From Candidatus Woesearchaeota archaeon (GTDB taxonomy: Archaea > Nanobdellota > Nanobdellia > Woesearchaeales > ARS49), in contig QZIM01000011.1 in the NCBI GenBank assembly GCA_003599055.1, positions 937 to 64,936 on the forward strand: a stretch of DNA of 64,000 nucleotides, read 5' to 3'. Below the pieces are notes generated by a model. The model ran no database searches, was not told the origin of the DNA, and saw only the letters and a list, made by a program, of their open reading frames with translations. Positions within the stretch are counted from its first letter, which is position 1. Each line of letters opens with the position of its first letter. A program made the translations under genes and the position numbers. Positions 51,592-61,485 of this stretch are shown here, piece after piece.

Positions 51592-53340
51592 ATGGCGCAG
51601 CATTCGCGCAAGGGTATGGCAGTGTGGAATTTGTCGCACATTTACAATCCTGATGAGCGTGATGCGCTGGTTGCGGAGTTCAGGAAAAAGGTTGATGATT
51701 TTAAGAAAAAGCGCGCAGTGCTTGACGGCCTTTCTCCTAAGGAGTTTATGGGATTGCTCAAAGAGTACGAGTCAATTCTTGAAATTTCGTCAAGGCTGCA
51801 CGCGTTTGCCGCGCTGTGGCATTCGGAAAATACGGCTGACAGTAAGGCGAGCGCGCACGAATTGCAGGTGAGCCAGCTGACAACGGAGCTTGGCAATGAG
51901 CTTGTCTTTTTTTCGCTCTGGTTTGCAAAGTTGCCTGATGAGAAGGCAAAGCCGATTCTTGCGGAGGCGGGAAAATATTGGTACTATTTGGACCGCGTGC
52001 GTGCAGACAGCCCGTACTTGCTTGCCGAGCGTGAGGAGCAGATTGTAAATTTCAAGAATGTGAACGGTCCGTCGGCCATTACAAAGCTGTACGATATTTT
52101 CGCGGGCGGTTTTGTGTACGAATTTGAGGGAAAGCAGCTCACGCAGGAAGAAATCAATCAGTTTAAGGAAAGCACTGACCGCAAAAAGCGTGTGGCGTCC
52201 TATGACCTTGTGCTTGGGCGCTACGGAAAGGAGGAGGCGGTTCTTGGCGAGATGTACAAGAACATTGTGGGTGATTGGTTTTCCGAAAAAGTAAGGTTGC
52301 GCGGGTATAAGTCGCCGATTGGCGTGCGCAATCACTGGAATGATGTTCCGGATGAGGCGGTTGAGGCGTTGCTTTCAGTGGTGAAAAAGAATGTTCCGCT
52401 GTTTCAGGAATATTTTGCGCTGAAGGCAAAATTGGCGGGTCTTGACAGGATGGACCGCTATGACTTGTACGTGGCGCTTGAGGAGTCTGATAAGGAATTC
52501 CCGTACGAGGAGGCAAAGAAAATAACGCTTGACACGTACAGACAGTTTGATGAGCGCGCGTTTGCGATGGCGAAACAGATTTTTGATGAGGAGCGCGTGC
52601 ATTCGGATGTCGTGAAGGGGAAGCGTTCGGGCGCGTTTTGCTATTCGATTACGAACACGCTCGCACCGTATATCCTGCTCAACCACGTGGGCAGGCTTAA
52701 GGACGTGTTTACGATGATGCACGAGTTTGGGCACGGGATTCATTCGCTTGCGGCAAGGGACCAAACATCGCTTACGTTTCACAGTGCCTTGCCGATGGCA
52801 GAGACTGCGTCTATTTTCGGCGAGATGCTGCTTGCGCAGCGCTTGCTGAAGGAGTCTGGTGAAAGGGAAAAAATCGCGATTTTAACGCGACTTTTGGACA
52901 ATCAGTACGCAAGTATCGTGCGCCAGGCGTATTTTGTCATTTTTGAAATCGCGGCGCACGAGGCAGTGCAGAAGGGAGCAACGGTGGAGGAACTCAATGC
53001 GCTCTACCTGAAAACGCTTAAGGAACAGTTTGGCGCAATGGGCGTTCCTGATGTCTTTCAGCACGAGTGGAAGTACATTCCGCACATTTATCATTCGCCG
53101 TTTTATTGTTATGCCTACGCGTTTGGCAATTTGCTGACCCTTGCGCTCTACCGTATGTATGAAAAAGAGGGCAGGGAATTCGTGCCGAAATATCTCAAAT
53201 TGCTCAGCTATGGCGGCTCAAGGCCGCCTGCGGATATGCTCAGGGAACTCGGCGTTGACATCACCAAGGAATCATTCTGGCAGGAAGGGTTTGAGATTAT
53301 TCGTGAAGAACTTGAGGAGTTGAAGAAGCTCGTCAAATAA
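51592..53340 (+). CDS. pepF: Oligoendopeptidase F (M3B family)
   Basis: HEFGHGIH zinc motif and overall M3B pattern. Start chosen at MAQHSRKG (ATG 51592), 24-31 nt after gtttataa. The ORF-track start at 51268 lies antisense in the neighbouring gene. Confidence 0.85.
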   Translation: MAQHSRKGMAVWNLSHIYNPDERDALVAEFRKKVDDFKKKRAVLDGLSPKEFMGLLKEYESILEISSRLHAFAALWHSENTADSKASAHELQVSQLTTELGNELVFFSLWFAKLPDEKAKPILAEAGKYWYYLDRVRADSPYLLAEREEQIVNFKNVNGPSAITKLYDIFAGGFVYEFEGKQLTQEEINQFKESTDRKKRVASYDLVLGRYGKEEAVLGEMYKNIVGDWFSEKVRLRGYKSPIGVRNHWNDVPDEAVEALLSVVKKNVPLFQEYFALKAKLAGLDRMDRYDLYVALEESDKEFPYEEAKKITLDTYRQFDERAFAMAKQIFDEERVHSDVVKGKRSGAFCYSITNTLAPYILLNHVGRLKDVFTMMHEFGHGIHSLAARDQTSLTFHSALPMAETASIFGEMLLAQRLLKESGEREKIAILTRLLDNQYASIVRQAYFVIFEIAAHEAVQKGATVEELNALYLKTLKEQFGAMGVPDVFQHEWKYIPHIYHSPFYCYAYAFGNLLTLALYRMYEKEGREFVPKYLKLLSYGGSRPPADMLRELGVDITKESFWQEGFEIIREELEELKKLVK

Positions 53341-53413
53341 TTCAGTCAGCGAGTATTTTCTGTCATTTCCCCTGACAAAACTATTATAAGTCTCAGCGCG
53401 GGGGCAGTTTCTT

Positions 53414-55186
53414 ATGTTCTTGCGTTTGGTGAAGCAAGCAGAGACTGCAGTTCGGGATTTAACGGGGTTGTCTTCGTTGATTCGCTCTTTTTTGAAGGCT
53501 TCATTGTGGATGACTTTGCTGTTTGAACTGGTGAAGGTTCTTCCTCCGGTAATTTTCAAGTGGGTGATTGATGCGGTCGTCATCTTTGACCCGGCAAAAC
53601 CATTCTCCCTGAATGTGCTCGAATGGCTAATCTTGGGATATTTCGGTTCGCTGATAGTGATGACCGTTGTGGAGATGGTGACAAAGCAGGTGACGTATAA
53701 TCGAATCACGCGGATAGAGTATGATTTGACGTCGCGGGCGATGGAGAAGTTGCTGAAGCTGGATCTTGAGTATCACGTAAGGCAGAATACGGGGACAAGC
53801 ATTAACAAGGTGATGGGTGGTGTGCAACGCGTTAAAGATTTGCTGTACCTGATTTGTGAGCAGTTGGTTCCGAGCGTGCTGCAAAGTGGGATAACGCTTG
53901 CTATATTGTTTTACGCGCACTGGCTCATTGGCATTTCATTCGTCATTTTCGTTCCGTTGTTCATCATCATCTTGTTGCGCGGTTCGGTGAGGACGCAGCC
54001 GTTGCGTGAGGCGTATCATAAGGAGCATGAATTGCTTGCGGGAGTGGTGACGCAGAGTGTTGCGAATATCAGGACGGTGAAGGATTTTGATGCAGAGGGT
54101 GCTGAGCTTGAGCAGACGAGGGGTGTTTTGGCGCGTTATGTTGACCTCATTAACCGGCGGACAAGGCAGGGTTTGCGGAGTATGTTGTGGGAGGATATCA
54201 TAATCAACGTGGCTCGTTTTGTGACGCTTGCGCTCTCGGTTTGGCTCCTGACGCGGGGTCAGTTAACTGCAGGGTCGCTCGTGTTGGTTATGACGTTGTC
54301 AGAGAAGGCGTACTTGAACTTAGCTCGGTTGAGTCGTGCATATTATCGTATGCAGGATAGCGGGCCGTCGATTGAGCGCTTAAAGAGGATTAACGAGGAG
54401 CCGATTGTGGTAAAGGACAATCCTCAGGCGCCTCATAAGATAGTGAACGGGAGAGTTGTATTTGAGGGGGTATCATTCAGGTATGGTGGGTCGGGCGATG
54501 CATTGAAGAACGTGAGTTTCGAGGTTCCGGAAAGGAGCGTTGCGGCGTTTGTGGGGCGTAGTGGTGCGGGGAAGAGTACGGTGATGAAGTTACTCTTGCG
54601 GCACGCAGATGTGTCCGGGGGAAAGATTTTGATTGATGGCACGCCGATTAACGAATATTCATTTGAGAACTTGCGGGCAGGCATTAGTATCGTTTCGCAG
54701 GATGTGGAGTTGTTCAATGATACCATTGCGGGCAATATTGCGTATGGGGCATTGAACGCATCAAAAGCAGAGATTGTGCGCGCGTCGAAGCTTGCGCACG
54801 CGCACGAGTTTATTGTGAAGTTCCCGCAGGGGTATGATACGATGGTGGGTGAGCGGGGTGTCAAGTTGTCGGGCGGTCAGAAGCAGCGGATTGCGATTGC
54901 GCGTGCATTGGTCACGAATCCGAAGATTCTCATCTTTGATGAAGCGACGAGTTCTCTTGATTCGGAGAGTGAGCGGTATATTCACAAGTCAATTGTGAAC
55001 CTTTCAGGGAAGCTCACGTTGCTTATCATCGCGCATCGTTTTTCAACAATCGAGCACGCGGACAAGATTATCTTGCTTGAGGACGGAAAGGTGGCGGAGG
55101 TGGGTTCTCATAAGGAGTTGATGGCGAAGAAGGGTATTTTTGCAAGGCTAAGAAAATTGCAGGAACTTGGGGAAGTTTTCAGTTGA
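53414..55186 (+). CDS. ABC exporter, fused permease/ATPase (MsbA/MdlB-like)
   Basis: Six-TM N-terminal half. Walker A GRSGAGKST, signature LSGGQKQR, Walker B ILIFDEATS. Confidence 0.92.
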   Translation: MFLRLVKQAETAVRDLTGLSSLIRSFLKASLWMTLLFELVKVLPPVIFKWVIDAVVIFDPAKPFSLNVLEWLILGYFGSLIVMTVVEMVTKQVTYNRITRIEYDLTSRAMEKLLKLDLEYHVRQNTGTSINKVMGGVQRVKDLLYLICEQLVPSVLQSGITLAILFYAHWLIGISFVIFVPLFIIILLRGSVRTQPLREAYHKEHELLAGVVTQSVANIRTVKDFDAEGAELEQTRGVLARYVDLINRRTRQGLRSMLWEDIIINVARFVTLALSVWLLTRGQLTAGSLVLVMTLSEKAYLNLARLSRAYYRMQDSGPSIERLKRINEEPIVVKDNPQAPHKIVNGRVVFEGVSFRYGGSGDALKNVSFEVPERSVAAFVGRSGAGKSTVMKLLLRHADVSGGKILIDGTPINEYSFENLRAGISIVSQDVELFNDTIAGNIAYGALNASKAEIVRASKLAHAHEFIVKFPQGYDTMVGERGVKLSGGQKQRIAIARALVTNPKILIFDEATSSLDSESERYIHKSIVNLSGKLTLLIIAHRFSTIEHADKIILLEDGKVAEVGSHKELMAKKGIFARLRKLQELGEVFS

Positions 55187-56048
55187 TGGTCGCGCAGGTT
55201 TTTTTGGATGGTTGGTCGAGTTCGCGGTTTCCGGCAAAGCAGGAGTATCCTGCTGCAGTGCATTCTTGGTAAAATGCACAAATGTTTGCTTGGCTTTGCG
55301 GGTAGTCAAGGATGAAGGTGGTTTTGCCTTCTTTTCGTGCATGCTCAAGGAGGGCGAGTGCAGTGAGTGTTTCTTCAGTGTCTTGGAGGTCGTCATCATT
55401 GAAGTAGAGGTCTTCGCGTGCTATTCCGTCAATTGCGGGCACATATCCGGAAAGGCGCGTAAGTTCAAGTGCGTTTTGGGCGAAGATAAGAAAGCGAGGG
55501 TGTTTATTTTTTGCCGTGGTGCTGATGTTTTGAACAAATACGGACATTTGTTCCGCAGTTCCGATAGGGTGGCGCTCATATGCGTCTATCACGTCAAGAT
55601 ATACGCCGTCGTAGCCTGCGGTAATGATTGTGTCAAGCTGTTCAAAGATGATTTCCTGCCAGGCAGGGTCATAGTAGTCAACAAGGTAGTTTCCTTGCCA
55701 TTGGGGGTTTTCCTCCCGGATAAATCGTGGCGAGCCAACCGTCCAGTTATTTTTCCAGTAATCCCGGTAATTCTCAGCTTCTCCGATGCTGAGATAGGAG
55801 ATGATGATTTTTCCATTATTTTGAAGCGCGCGAATTTCTTCGGGAGTGAGGTGAGCATCATCAATGTCGATGATGAGAATGTCTGCATTGTTTGAGGCGA
55901 GAGTTTGAAAGTGAGCGTTTTGCAGCTGGATGTGAACCGCAGAGGGGTGTTTGGAGGGAGGGTTTATTTCCCGCAAAAATGAGTAACTGGTGAAAAAAAG
56001 GAGAAGCAGTCCAAGACAGAAGATTGGTGCGGCGTGGATAGCTTTCAT
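55179..56048 (-). CDS. Secreted TIM-barrel glycosidase-like protein (GH114 / endo-alpha-1,4-polygalactosaminidase-like, tentative)
   Basis: Signal peptide. ISYLSIGEAENYRDYW and GYDGVYLDVIDAY blocks resemble the GH114 family. ATGA overlap with the elp3 stop. Confidence 0.5.
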   Translation of the reverse strand: MKAIHAAPIFCLGLLLLFFTSYSFLREINPPSKHPSAVHIQLQNAHFQTLASNNADILIIDIDDAHLTPEEIRALQNNGKIIISYLSIGEAENYRDYWKNNWTVGSPRFIREENPQWQGNYLVDYYDPAWQEIIFEQLDTIITAGYDGVYLDVIDAYERHPIGTAEQMSVFVQNISTTAKNKHPRFLIFAQNALELTRLSGYVPAIDGIAREDLYFNDDDLQDTEETLTALALLEHARKEGKTTFILDYPQSQANICAFYQECTAAGYSCFAGNRELDQPSKKTCATIN

Positions 56049-57679
56049 ATTAGTTTCTTGCTCATATACGGCCCGTCCCGCGTATATCCTAATTTTGCGT
56101 AGTATTCGCGAACGCCGATTCCTGAAATGACGAGTATTTTTTTGCTGTTGTATTCTTCGCGTGCGATTCGTTCTGCTTCCGCCATCAGTTTTTTGCCAAG
56201 CCCTCTGTGTTGGACGTTTCCTTCTTCTCCAAGTGGTGTTGATTCGCCGTACACGTGCAGTTCGCGGATGCCTGCGTCTCCGCTTGAAATTTCCGGGCGG
56301 TGGCTTTCGGGGACAATGCGCAGGCGCAAAAAGCCAAGAAGCAGGTTGTTTTTCATATCATCAAAGCTAAGGAATATTTCGTCGCCTCCGCTTGCACGGT
56401 AGTTGGCGCGGTTCATTTGAACAGAGGTCCAGTCTATTTCGCGATTTTTGGGTTCTCGGCAGCGGATGCACACGCAAACAACGCCCTGTTCGAGGCATTT
56501 TTTTTCAACGAGCTGGCGCATATTGGTGAGGTTTGGGCCGGCATCGATGACGGTTGAGGGGATGTCGCGCTGGACGCGCATGATTCTGCACCAGGTTGGC
56601 ACGTGTTTTTTTGCGGCGACGATGATGTTTGCTGCTTCTTCGGTCGTGAGGGGTTTGTATTTTCCTGCCTTCCAGAGCCCGTAAAGCCCGGTTCCTTGAA
56701 GGACGGTGGTGGGATAAATTTTGAGCGCGTCAGGCATATAGTTTTCGTTGGAGAACAGTTCGGCGTAGTCTTCCGCGTCTGTTGCAGGGGTCGTGCCGGG
56801 AAGCCCGGGCATCATATGGTAGCCAATTTTCAGAAGGGAGTTACGCATAAGTTTGGTTGCTTCAATGGCGTCGGCGAGCGTGTGGCCGCGGTTCGTATAT
56901 TTCATGACGTTTTCACGAAGGCACTGCACGCCCATTTCAACACGGGTTGTTCCGAGGCGGAGCATTTCGTCAATGTGCGGTGCAAGGCACCAGTCGGGTT
57001 TTGTTTCTATGCAGAGGGCAACGCAGCGGATTGTTGCGCGTTCATTTCGTTCCTGTTCGTGCTCAAGCGTGCTTGTTCCTTTGAGCGCAAGGGCTTTTTC
57101 CTGGATGTGTTTGACGCGCACGGGGTCGCCGACTTTGCCGGGGAGTTCAAAAAAGTTCAGGAATTTTTCGCGGTTAAGCCCGTCCTGTAAAAACTGTTCG
57201 CCAAAATCGTTCATTCCTTTGAGGGCGTACGTAATGAATTCTTCCTGATACTCGCGCGAAAGTGCGGGGAAGGTTCCGCCCTGGATGATGACTTCGGTTT
57301 TGGTCGGGCTATGGCCGATGGCGAGGTATTGTTCAAGCCGGTTAAAGACGATGAGGTAGGGGTCATAGAAGTTGCGCTTTCCGCGAAGGGTTGAGGGCTC
57401 GCTGCCGGTGTAGCTTTGGGGTGTGTCGCCAAAGGGGCTGCCGGGCCCGCCCGGGCAGTAAAGGCATTTGCCGTGGGGACAGGCAAAGGGAGCAGTCATA
57501 AGGGCAAGGGGTGCAACGCCGCTTTGGGTGCGCATGGGTTTTGTCTGGATGGGTGTTCCCGTGCTAAGTGCGATGTGCGTGTCGCTTGGCGGCTGGGCTA
57601 TTTTGTGTTCTTTTGCGAGCGCTATTTTTGCTTTGGCAAGTGCTTCTTTGCCAAGTCCGCGAAGGGAGTGAAGGTCCAT
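56045..57679 (-). CDS. elp3: Elp3-type radical-SAM + GNAT tRNA-modifying acetyltransferase
   Basis: Radical-SAM cluster CPHGKCLYCPGG and a C-terminal GNAT (HRGLGKKLMAEAERIA). Confidence 0.9.
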   Translation of the reverse strand: MDLHSLRGLGKEALAKAKIALAKEHKIAQPPSDTHIALSTGTPIQTKPMRTQSGVAPLALMTAPFACPHGKCLYCPGGPGSPFGDTPQSYTGSEPSTLRGKRNFYDPYLIVFNRLEQYLAIGHSPTKTEVIIQGGTFPALSREYQEEFITYALKGMNDFGEQFLQDGLNREKFLNFFELPGKVGDPVRVKHIQEKALALKGTSTLEHEQERNERATIRCVALCIETKPDWCLAPHIDEMLRLGTTRVEMGVQCLRENVMKYTNRGHTLADAIEATKLMRNSLLKIGYHMMPGLPGTTPATDAEDYAELFSNENYMPDALKIYPTTVLQGTGLYGLWKAGKYKPLTTEEAANIIVAAKKHVPTWCRIMRVQRDIPSTVIDAGPNLTNMRQLVEKKCLEQGVVCVCIRCREPKNREIDWTSVQMNRANYRASGGDEIFLSFDDMKNNLLLGFLRLRIVPESHRPEISSGDAGIRELHVYGESTPLGEEGNVQHRGLGKKLMAEAERIAREEYNSKKILVISGIGVREYYAKLGYTRDGPYMSKKLI

Positions 57680-57709
57680 AGGCTATCGCCCAAGAAGCGG
57701 TTTAAAAAT

Positions 57710-58243
57710 CTATTCTGTGGTGAAGGTGATTTCGGTGAGGTGGAGCGTGGCGCTGTCGATAAGGATGTCAAGGTAGAGTTGGGGCTTGTTTTGGAGGCGC
57801 GCGTCAAGGAGGCAGGTTTCCATGCAGGCGGTGTCAAAGTTTCCTGCCTGGGCCATATATCCGTCGGGGATGTCGATTCGTTCTTCAAGGGATGTGTTTG
57901 GCTCGAAGAGAAGGTCGCTTACGGCAAGGCCGGTGATGTGTTTCATCGGGCTTTGTGTCTTGCGCAGGTTGGTGTAGACAAGGAGGCGTGTTTCTCCGTC
58001 GGTCAAATAGATGCGGACCGGTCCTGCGCCGTAGGTTTGCCCGCTGATGCTGAGCGAGCTGAGGTTGAGGTTGCCTGAAGGTCCGGTGAGGGTGAACCTC
58101 TGGCTTTGCGTGACTTCGATGTCAAGGTTTTGGCTGTGGGTGACGGTGGGGACATAGCCGGTGATGGTGGGGTTGCCAAGCGCAATGATGGTGATGATGG
58201 TGATGAGGCCGGAGAGGGAGAGAATGAGGCGGTCGGATTCCAT
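57710..58243 (-). CDS. N-terminally anchored hypothetical protein
   Basis: TM ILSLSGLITIITIIALG followed by a beta-rich ~150-aa domain. Confidence 0.5.
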   Translation of the reverse strand: MESDRLILSLSGLITIITIIALGNPTITGYVPTVTHSQNLDIEVTQSQRFTLTGPSGNLNLSSLSISGQTYGAGPVRIYLTDGETRLLVYTNLRKTQSPMKHITGLAVSDLLFEPNTSLEERIDIPDGYMAQAGNFDTACMETCLLDARLQNKPQLYLDILIDSATLHLTEITFTTE

Positions 58244-58251
58244 AGGGGCTT

Positions 58252-58968
58252 TTATGACGAGAGTTGTTTATAAAGTTTTTCGATTTCTTCGCGTTCGGCA
58301 GGGCTTGCGTTCTCTTCTGCTTTGGAAAGGACTTCTTGCCAGCTTTGTTTGATGGCAAGGTCAACTTGGGCAGGGAGTGGGGGGTGTTTGGGGGTTTGGG
58401 CGGAAGTTTGTTGCGTTGGTGTTGATTGGGGTGAAGGTGTTTCTTTGAGTTGGAGTGAGGGTGTTATTGGTGCGGGGTTTGCCGGCTTGTTTTTTGCTGC
58501 CGCGCGTGATGCCTGTACTTCGCTTATTTTTTTGCCGGCGCGTGCGGCGACCGCGTCAATGTTGGTTTTGAGGCGGGCGGCGAGTTTGGGTGAGAGGTCG
58601 TGGGCGAGTTTGTTCCAGATGTTTTTTGCGCGTTCAGTGAGTGGTACGGGTGCGGTGAGGTGAAGGCCGGGGTCGCCGGTTTGTTTCCATCGTTGTGTGG
58701 CTTCGTTAAGGACGTCGAGCGCTTCGGAGTCTGGTTCGGGCGGGGTGTCGTCGGGTTCGTAGGGAAGGTCAGGGATGTCGGGTTCGAAGGGAATTGGGCT
58801 GTCAGGGGCTGGTTCATCAGGAAACGGCTCATCGGTCTGTTGTTCTTCAGGAATCAAGTTCGGTTTTTCCGGCTCGGGCGGGGCTTCGACTGCGTCGTGG
58901 AGGAACCCGCGTATTTTTTTGGTGAACTTTTTTAGTGTGCTTTTTCGTTTTGCTGCCATTGTTCCCAT
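58252..58968 (-). CDS. Pro/Glu-rich low-complexity hypothetical protein
   Basis: 238-aa ORF with PEPD-type repeats (PFPDEPAPDSPIPFEPDIPDLPYEPDDTPPEPD). The start is uncertain (58968 or 58959). Confidence 0.45.
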   Translation of the reverse strand: MGTMAAKRKSTLKKFTKKIRGFLHDAVEAPPEPEKPNLIPEEQQTDEPFPDEPAPDSPIPFEPDIPDLPYEPDDTPPEPDSEALDVLNEATQRWKQTGDPGLHLTAPVPLTERAKNIWNKLAHDLSPKLAARLKTNIDAVAARAGKKISEVQASRAAAKNKPANPAPITPSLQLKETPSPQSTPTQQTSAQTPKHPPLPAQVDLAIKQSWQEVLSKAEENASPAEREEIEKLYKQLSS

Positions 58969-59417
58969 TCGTCTTCCGCGTCTGTTTCGCGGTATTGTTT
59001 TTGTGATTCGTAGAACTTGCCGAGTTCAAATGCGGCAAGGTGGAAGAGGGCGAGGATGCCAAGGGCGGCAAGGACGCTTGCGCCTTGTTGGGCGATGACG
59101 GTGGCAGCGGAGCTGGGGGATGCGAGGCGCAGGCCGAATATGGCGGTGAGCGCAATGAAGCTGGTTGCAAAGAGGATTGTGAGGAGAACGCGGGTGTTTT
59201 TGTGGCCGCTGTAGTGGTGTAGGGAGTGTGCGCCCATAAGGGAGACGGCAAGGGCGAGTGCGAGGAGCAAAAGGGAGTGGTCAGGGGTGCTTGGTTTTGG
59301 GATGACTTTGCAGCCGGGGCAGCTTGCAAGGGCGGTGGCTGATTCCTGCGGTTGGAAGGAAAGTCCGATGAGGGCGATGGCCATCACCGTTGCGGCGAAG
59401 ATGAGCAGCGGTTTCAT
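58932..59417 (-). CDS. 4-TM membrane protein
   Basis: 161-aa hydrophobic ORF with a CPGC motif after the first TM. 4-nt overlap with the upstream gene. Confidence 0.5.
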   Translation of the reverse strand: MKPLLIFAATVMAIALIGLSFQPQESATALASCPGCKVIPKPSTPDHSLLLLALALAVSLMGAHSLHHYSGHKNTRVLLTILFATSFIALTAIFGLRLASPSSAATVIAQQGASVLAALGILALFHLAAFELGKFYESQKQYRETDAEDEWEQWQQNEKAH

Positions 59418-59968
59418 GTGACAATGGTTTGGACGAGTGTGAAGAATAAATCGTTCTTTTCAGGGCAGGTGCCGTTGCAGTCGATGATTTGCTGCCATTG
59501 TTTGCGGGCGTTTTTGCTTTCGAGTTCCTCGATTTGGTCGTTGGCAATGCTCATTGCGCGCGAGAATTCAAGGAGGCGTTCGCTCTCTCCCCAGTATTTT
59601 CCGACGGCGATGAGGTTGATGAGGAGTGCGCTTTCGGGAAGTTCGTGTTCGTATGCGGCGACCGTGACAAGGACGAGGTCAAGGTATGCTTCGTCGGGGC
59701 AGCTCGTGGAAAGGCAGGAGGTCATGCGGTCCCATTGTTCTTTGATGTCTTCGTTGTCTGCTTGTGTTACAAGGTCGTCAAGGTCGGAAATGAGCCGGGC
59801 TTTGTCAAGCGCGCTTTCTGCGGAGCGCAGCTCAATTCCTTTGGTGATGATGGGGCGAATGGGGGCGTCAGACCCAAGGAGTGATGCTGCGGCAAAGATG
59901 GCAACAACCAAGACGAGAATGCCAAGGACAGGAACGACAACTTGGCCAACACCTCTTGAGACAGTCAT
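59414..59968 (-). CDS. N-terminally anchored helical hypothetical protein
   Basis: TM VVVPVLGILVLVVAIFAAASLL followed by a helical domain with paired cysteines (CLSTSC, CNGTC). Confidence 0.5.
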   Translation of the reverse strand: MTVSRGVGQVVVPVLGILVLVVAIFAAASLLGSDAPIRPIITKGIELRSAESALDKARLISDLDDLVTQADNEDIKEQWDRMTSCLSTSCPDEAYLDLVLVTVAAYEHELPESALLINLIAVGKYWGESERLLEFSRAMSIANDQIEELESKNARKQWQQIIDCNGTCPEKNDLFFTLVQTIVT

Positions 59969-60028
59969 ATAATGTGGTGCAGTGGAAGAGATTTAAAAAG
60001 GTTTGTAGGAACGAAAAAGTGAAAGTAA

Positions 60029-60763
60029 TTATTTCTTCGCAGGTGCTGCTGCGCCTTCTGCGGGCTTTGCGCCTTCGACCGGGAGCATTTCGTCAATCAT
60101 TGCGGTTGGAATCTTGGCTTCAATGAGTTTTGCCTTGATTGCTGCGCGTGCCTGTCCTGCCATGCTTTCAATAATCTGTTTGGCAGTGTTTTGGAAGTCG
60201 GTCTTTCTCTTTTCCATTTCTGCCATGAGGCGCTGTTTCTTCTCTTCGAGTTCGCGGAGTTCCTCTTGGGAGAGTTCGGTTTTTTCTGCCTTGATTTCCG
60301 CATCGTACATTCCTTTGTTGATGTCTTCGATGGTTTCCCAGGCGCGTTTGCCTTCTATCATGACGCCCATTGAGTTGCACGTGCCGGCGAGTTCTTTGAC
60401 TTTGCCGTACATATCTTTGCCGGAGAGGTCGTCTCCTTTCATTTTGGCGATTTTGATGACTTGTTCGATTTTGAGGTCGGCGATGAGGTCGGTTAAGGGG
60501 GTTCCGCTTCCTTTTTCAATGTGTGCTTCCTGCTTGATGAGTGCGGAGGCAGGCGGGGTTCCGACGGTGATAGTGATGTTTTTATCTTCGTCGACGATGA
60601 TTTTGATGGGGACTTGGACTCCTTTGAAGTCTGCGGTTTTCTTGTTGATTTCGGAGATGACTTGGCCGATGTTGACGCCTAAGGGGCCAAGGGCTGGGCC
60701 TAGCGGGGGTGCGGCGGTTGCTTTTCCGCCTTCAACCATTGCTTCAACAGTCTGTTTTGCCAT
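60029..60763 (-). CDS. rpl11: Ribosomal protein uL11 with a ~85-aa charged/helical C-terminal extension
   Basis: GGKATAAPPLGPALGPLGVNIGQV...TVGTPPAS core. About 160 aa are conserved, then a KAEKTELSQEELRELEEKKQ... tail. Confidence 0.9.
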   Translation of the reverse strand: MAKQTVEAMVEGGKATAAPPLGPALGPLGVNIGQVISEINKKTADFKGVQVPIKIIVDEDKNITITVGTPPASALIKQEAHIEKGSGTPLTDLIADLKIEQVIKIAKMKGDDLSGKDMYGKVKELAGTCNSMGVMIEGKRAWETIEDINKGMYDAEIKAEKTELSQEELRELEEKKQRLMAEMEKRKTDFQNTAKQIIESMAGQARAAIKAKLIEAKIPTAMIDEMLPVEGAKPAEGAAAPAKK

Positions 60764-60799
60764 TGTGTTTGCCCCGAAGGAGGGGATTTAAAAACCTTT

Positions 60800-61426
60800 C
60801 TATAGAAGGTCTTCTTCGGATTTCTCCGCGGGTGCGGCTTCGCTTTCCCTGCGGATGACTTTGACCGCGTCCATCTTGACCGTAATCGGGATGGGGACTG
60901 CGGCGCCGAGGAGTTCGACGACGACTTCTTCTTTGGTCTTGTCGATGCGCGTGATTTTTGCGTTCTCGCGCTTGAACGGCCCGGAGATGATTTCAACGAT
61001 GTCGTTCTTGCGGATGTCAACTTCGCGTTTGACCTGTTCGAGCATGTGTTCGATTTCTGAATAGTTGATTTCTTTGGGGAGGATGCCGCGTGCGTAGGGG
61101 ACGTTGAATGCGGCCTGTTCTGCGCTTTGGCGGTCGAGTGCCTCAACAAAGATGTAGCCGCGCATCCCGTGCGGGCGGATGACTGCGTAAACGGGCATTT
61201 TCTTTTTCTTGATGTTTGAGATGAGAAAGTCCATGACTTGGTCTTCGCGGTTTGCGGTGGTGCGAAGCGCGAAGAGTTTGGTGCCGAGCTCTTCTTTTTC
61301 TTCTTTTGGGGTTTCCTTTTTTTCTGCTGCTTCTTCGGTCTTTTCGGGTGCGACGTGCTGTGCGCCTGCGATGGACGGAAGGCCTGCGGGTGTCTTTTGC
61401 TCTGCTTCGTGCTCGTTTTCGTTCAT
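60800..61426 (-). CDS. spt5: Transcription elongation factor Spt5 (NusG family) with an acidic N-terminal extension
   Basis: NGN domain (LFALRTTANREDQV...GYIFVEA) and KOW (DIVEIISGPFKRENAKITRID). It lies directly upstream of rpl11. Confidence 0.88.
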   Translation of the reverse strand: MNENEHEAEQKTPAGLPSIAGAQHVAPEKTEEAAEKKETPKEEKEELGTKLFALRTTANREDQVMDFLISNIKKKKMPVYAVIRPHGMRGYIFVEALDRQSAEQAAFNVPYARGILPKEINYSEIEHMLEQVKREVDIRKNDIVEIISGPFKRENAKITRIDKTKEEVVVELLGAAVPIPITVKMDAVKVIRRESEAAPAEKSEEDLL

Positions 61427-61485
61427 GGGAAAGCTCCTAAGAATGATTTGAGGAGTGGGATGGGCGGGGGTTTATAAAGCTTGCG

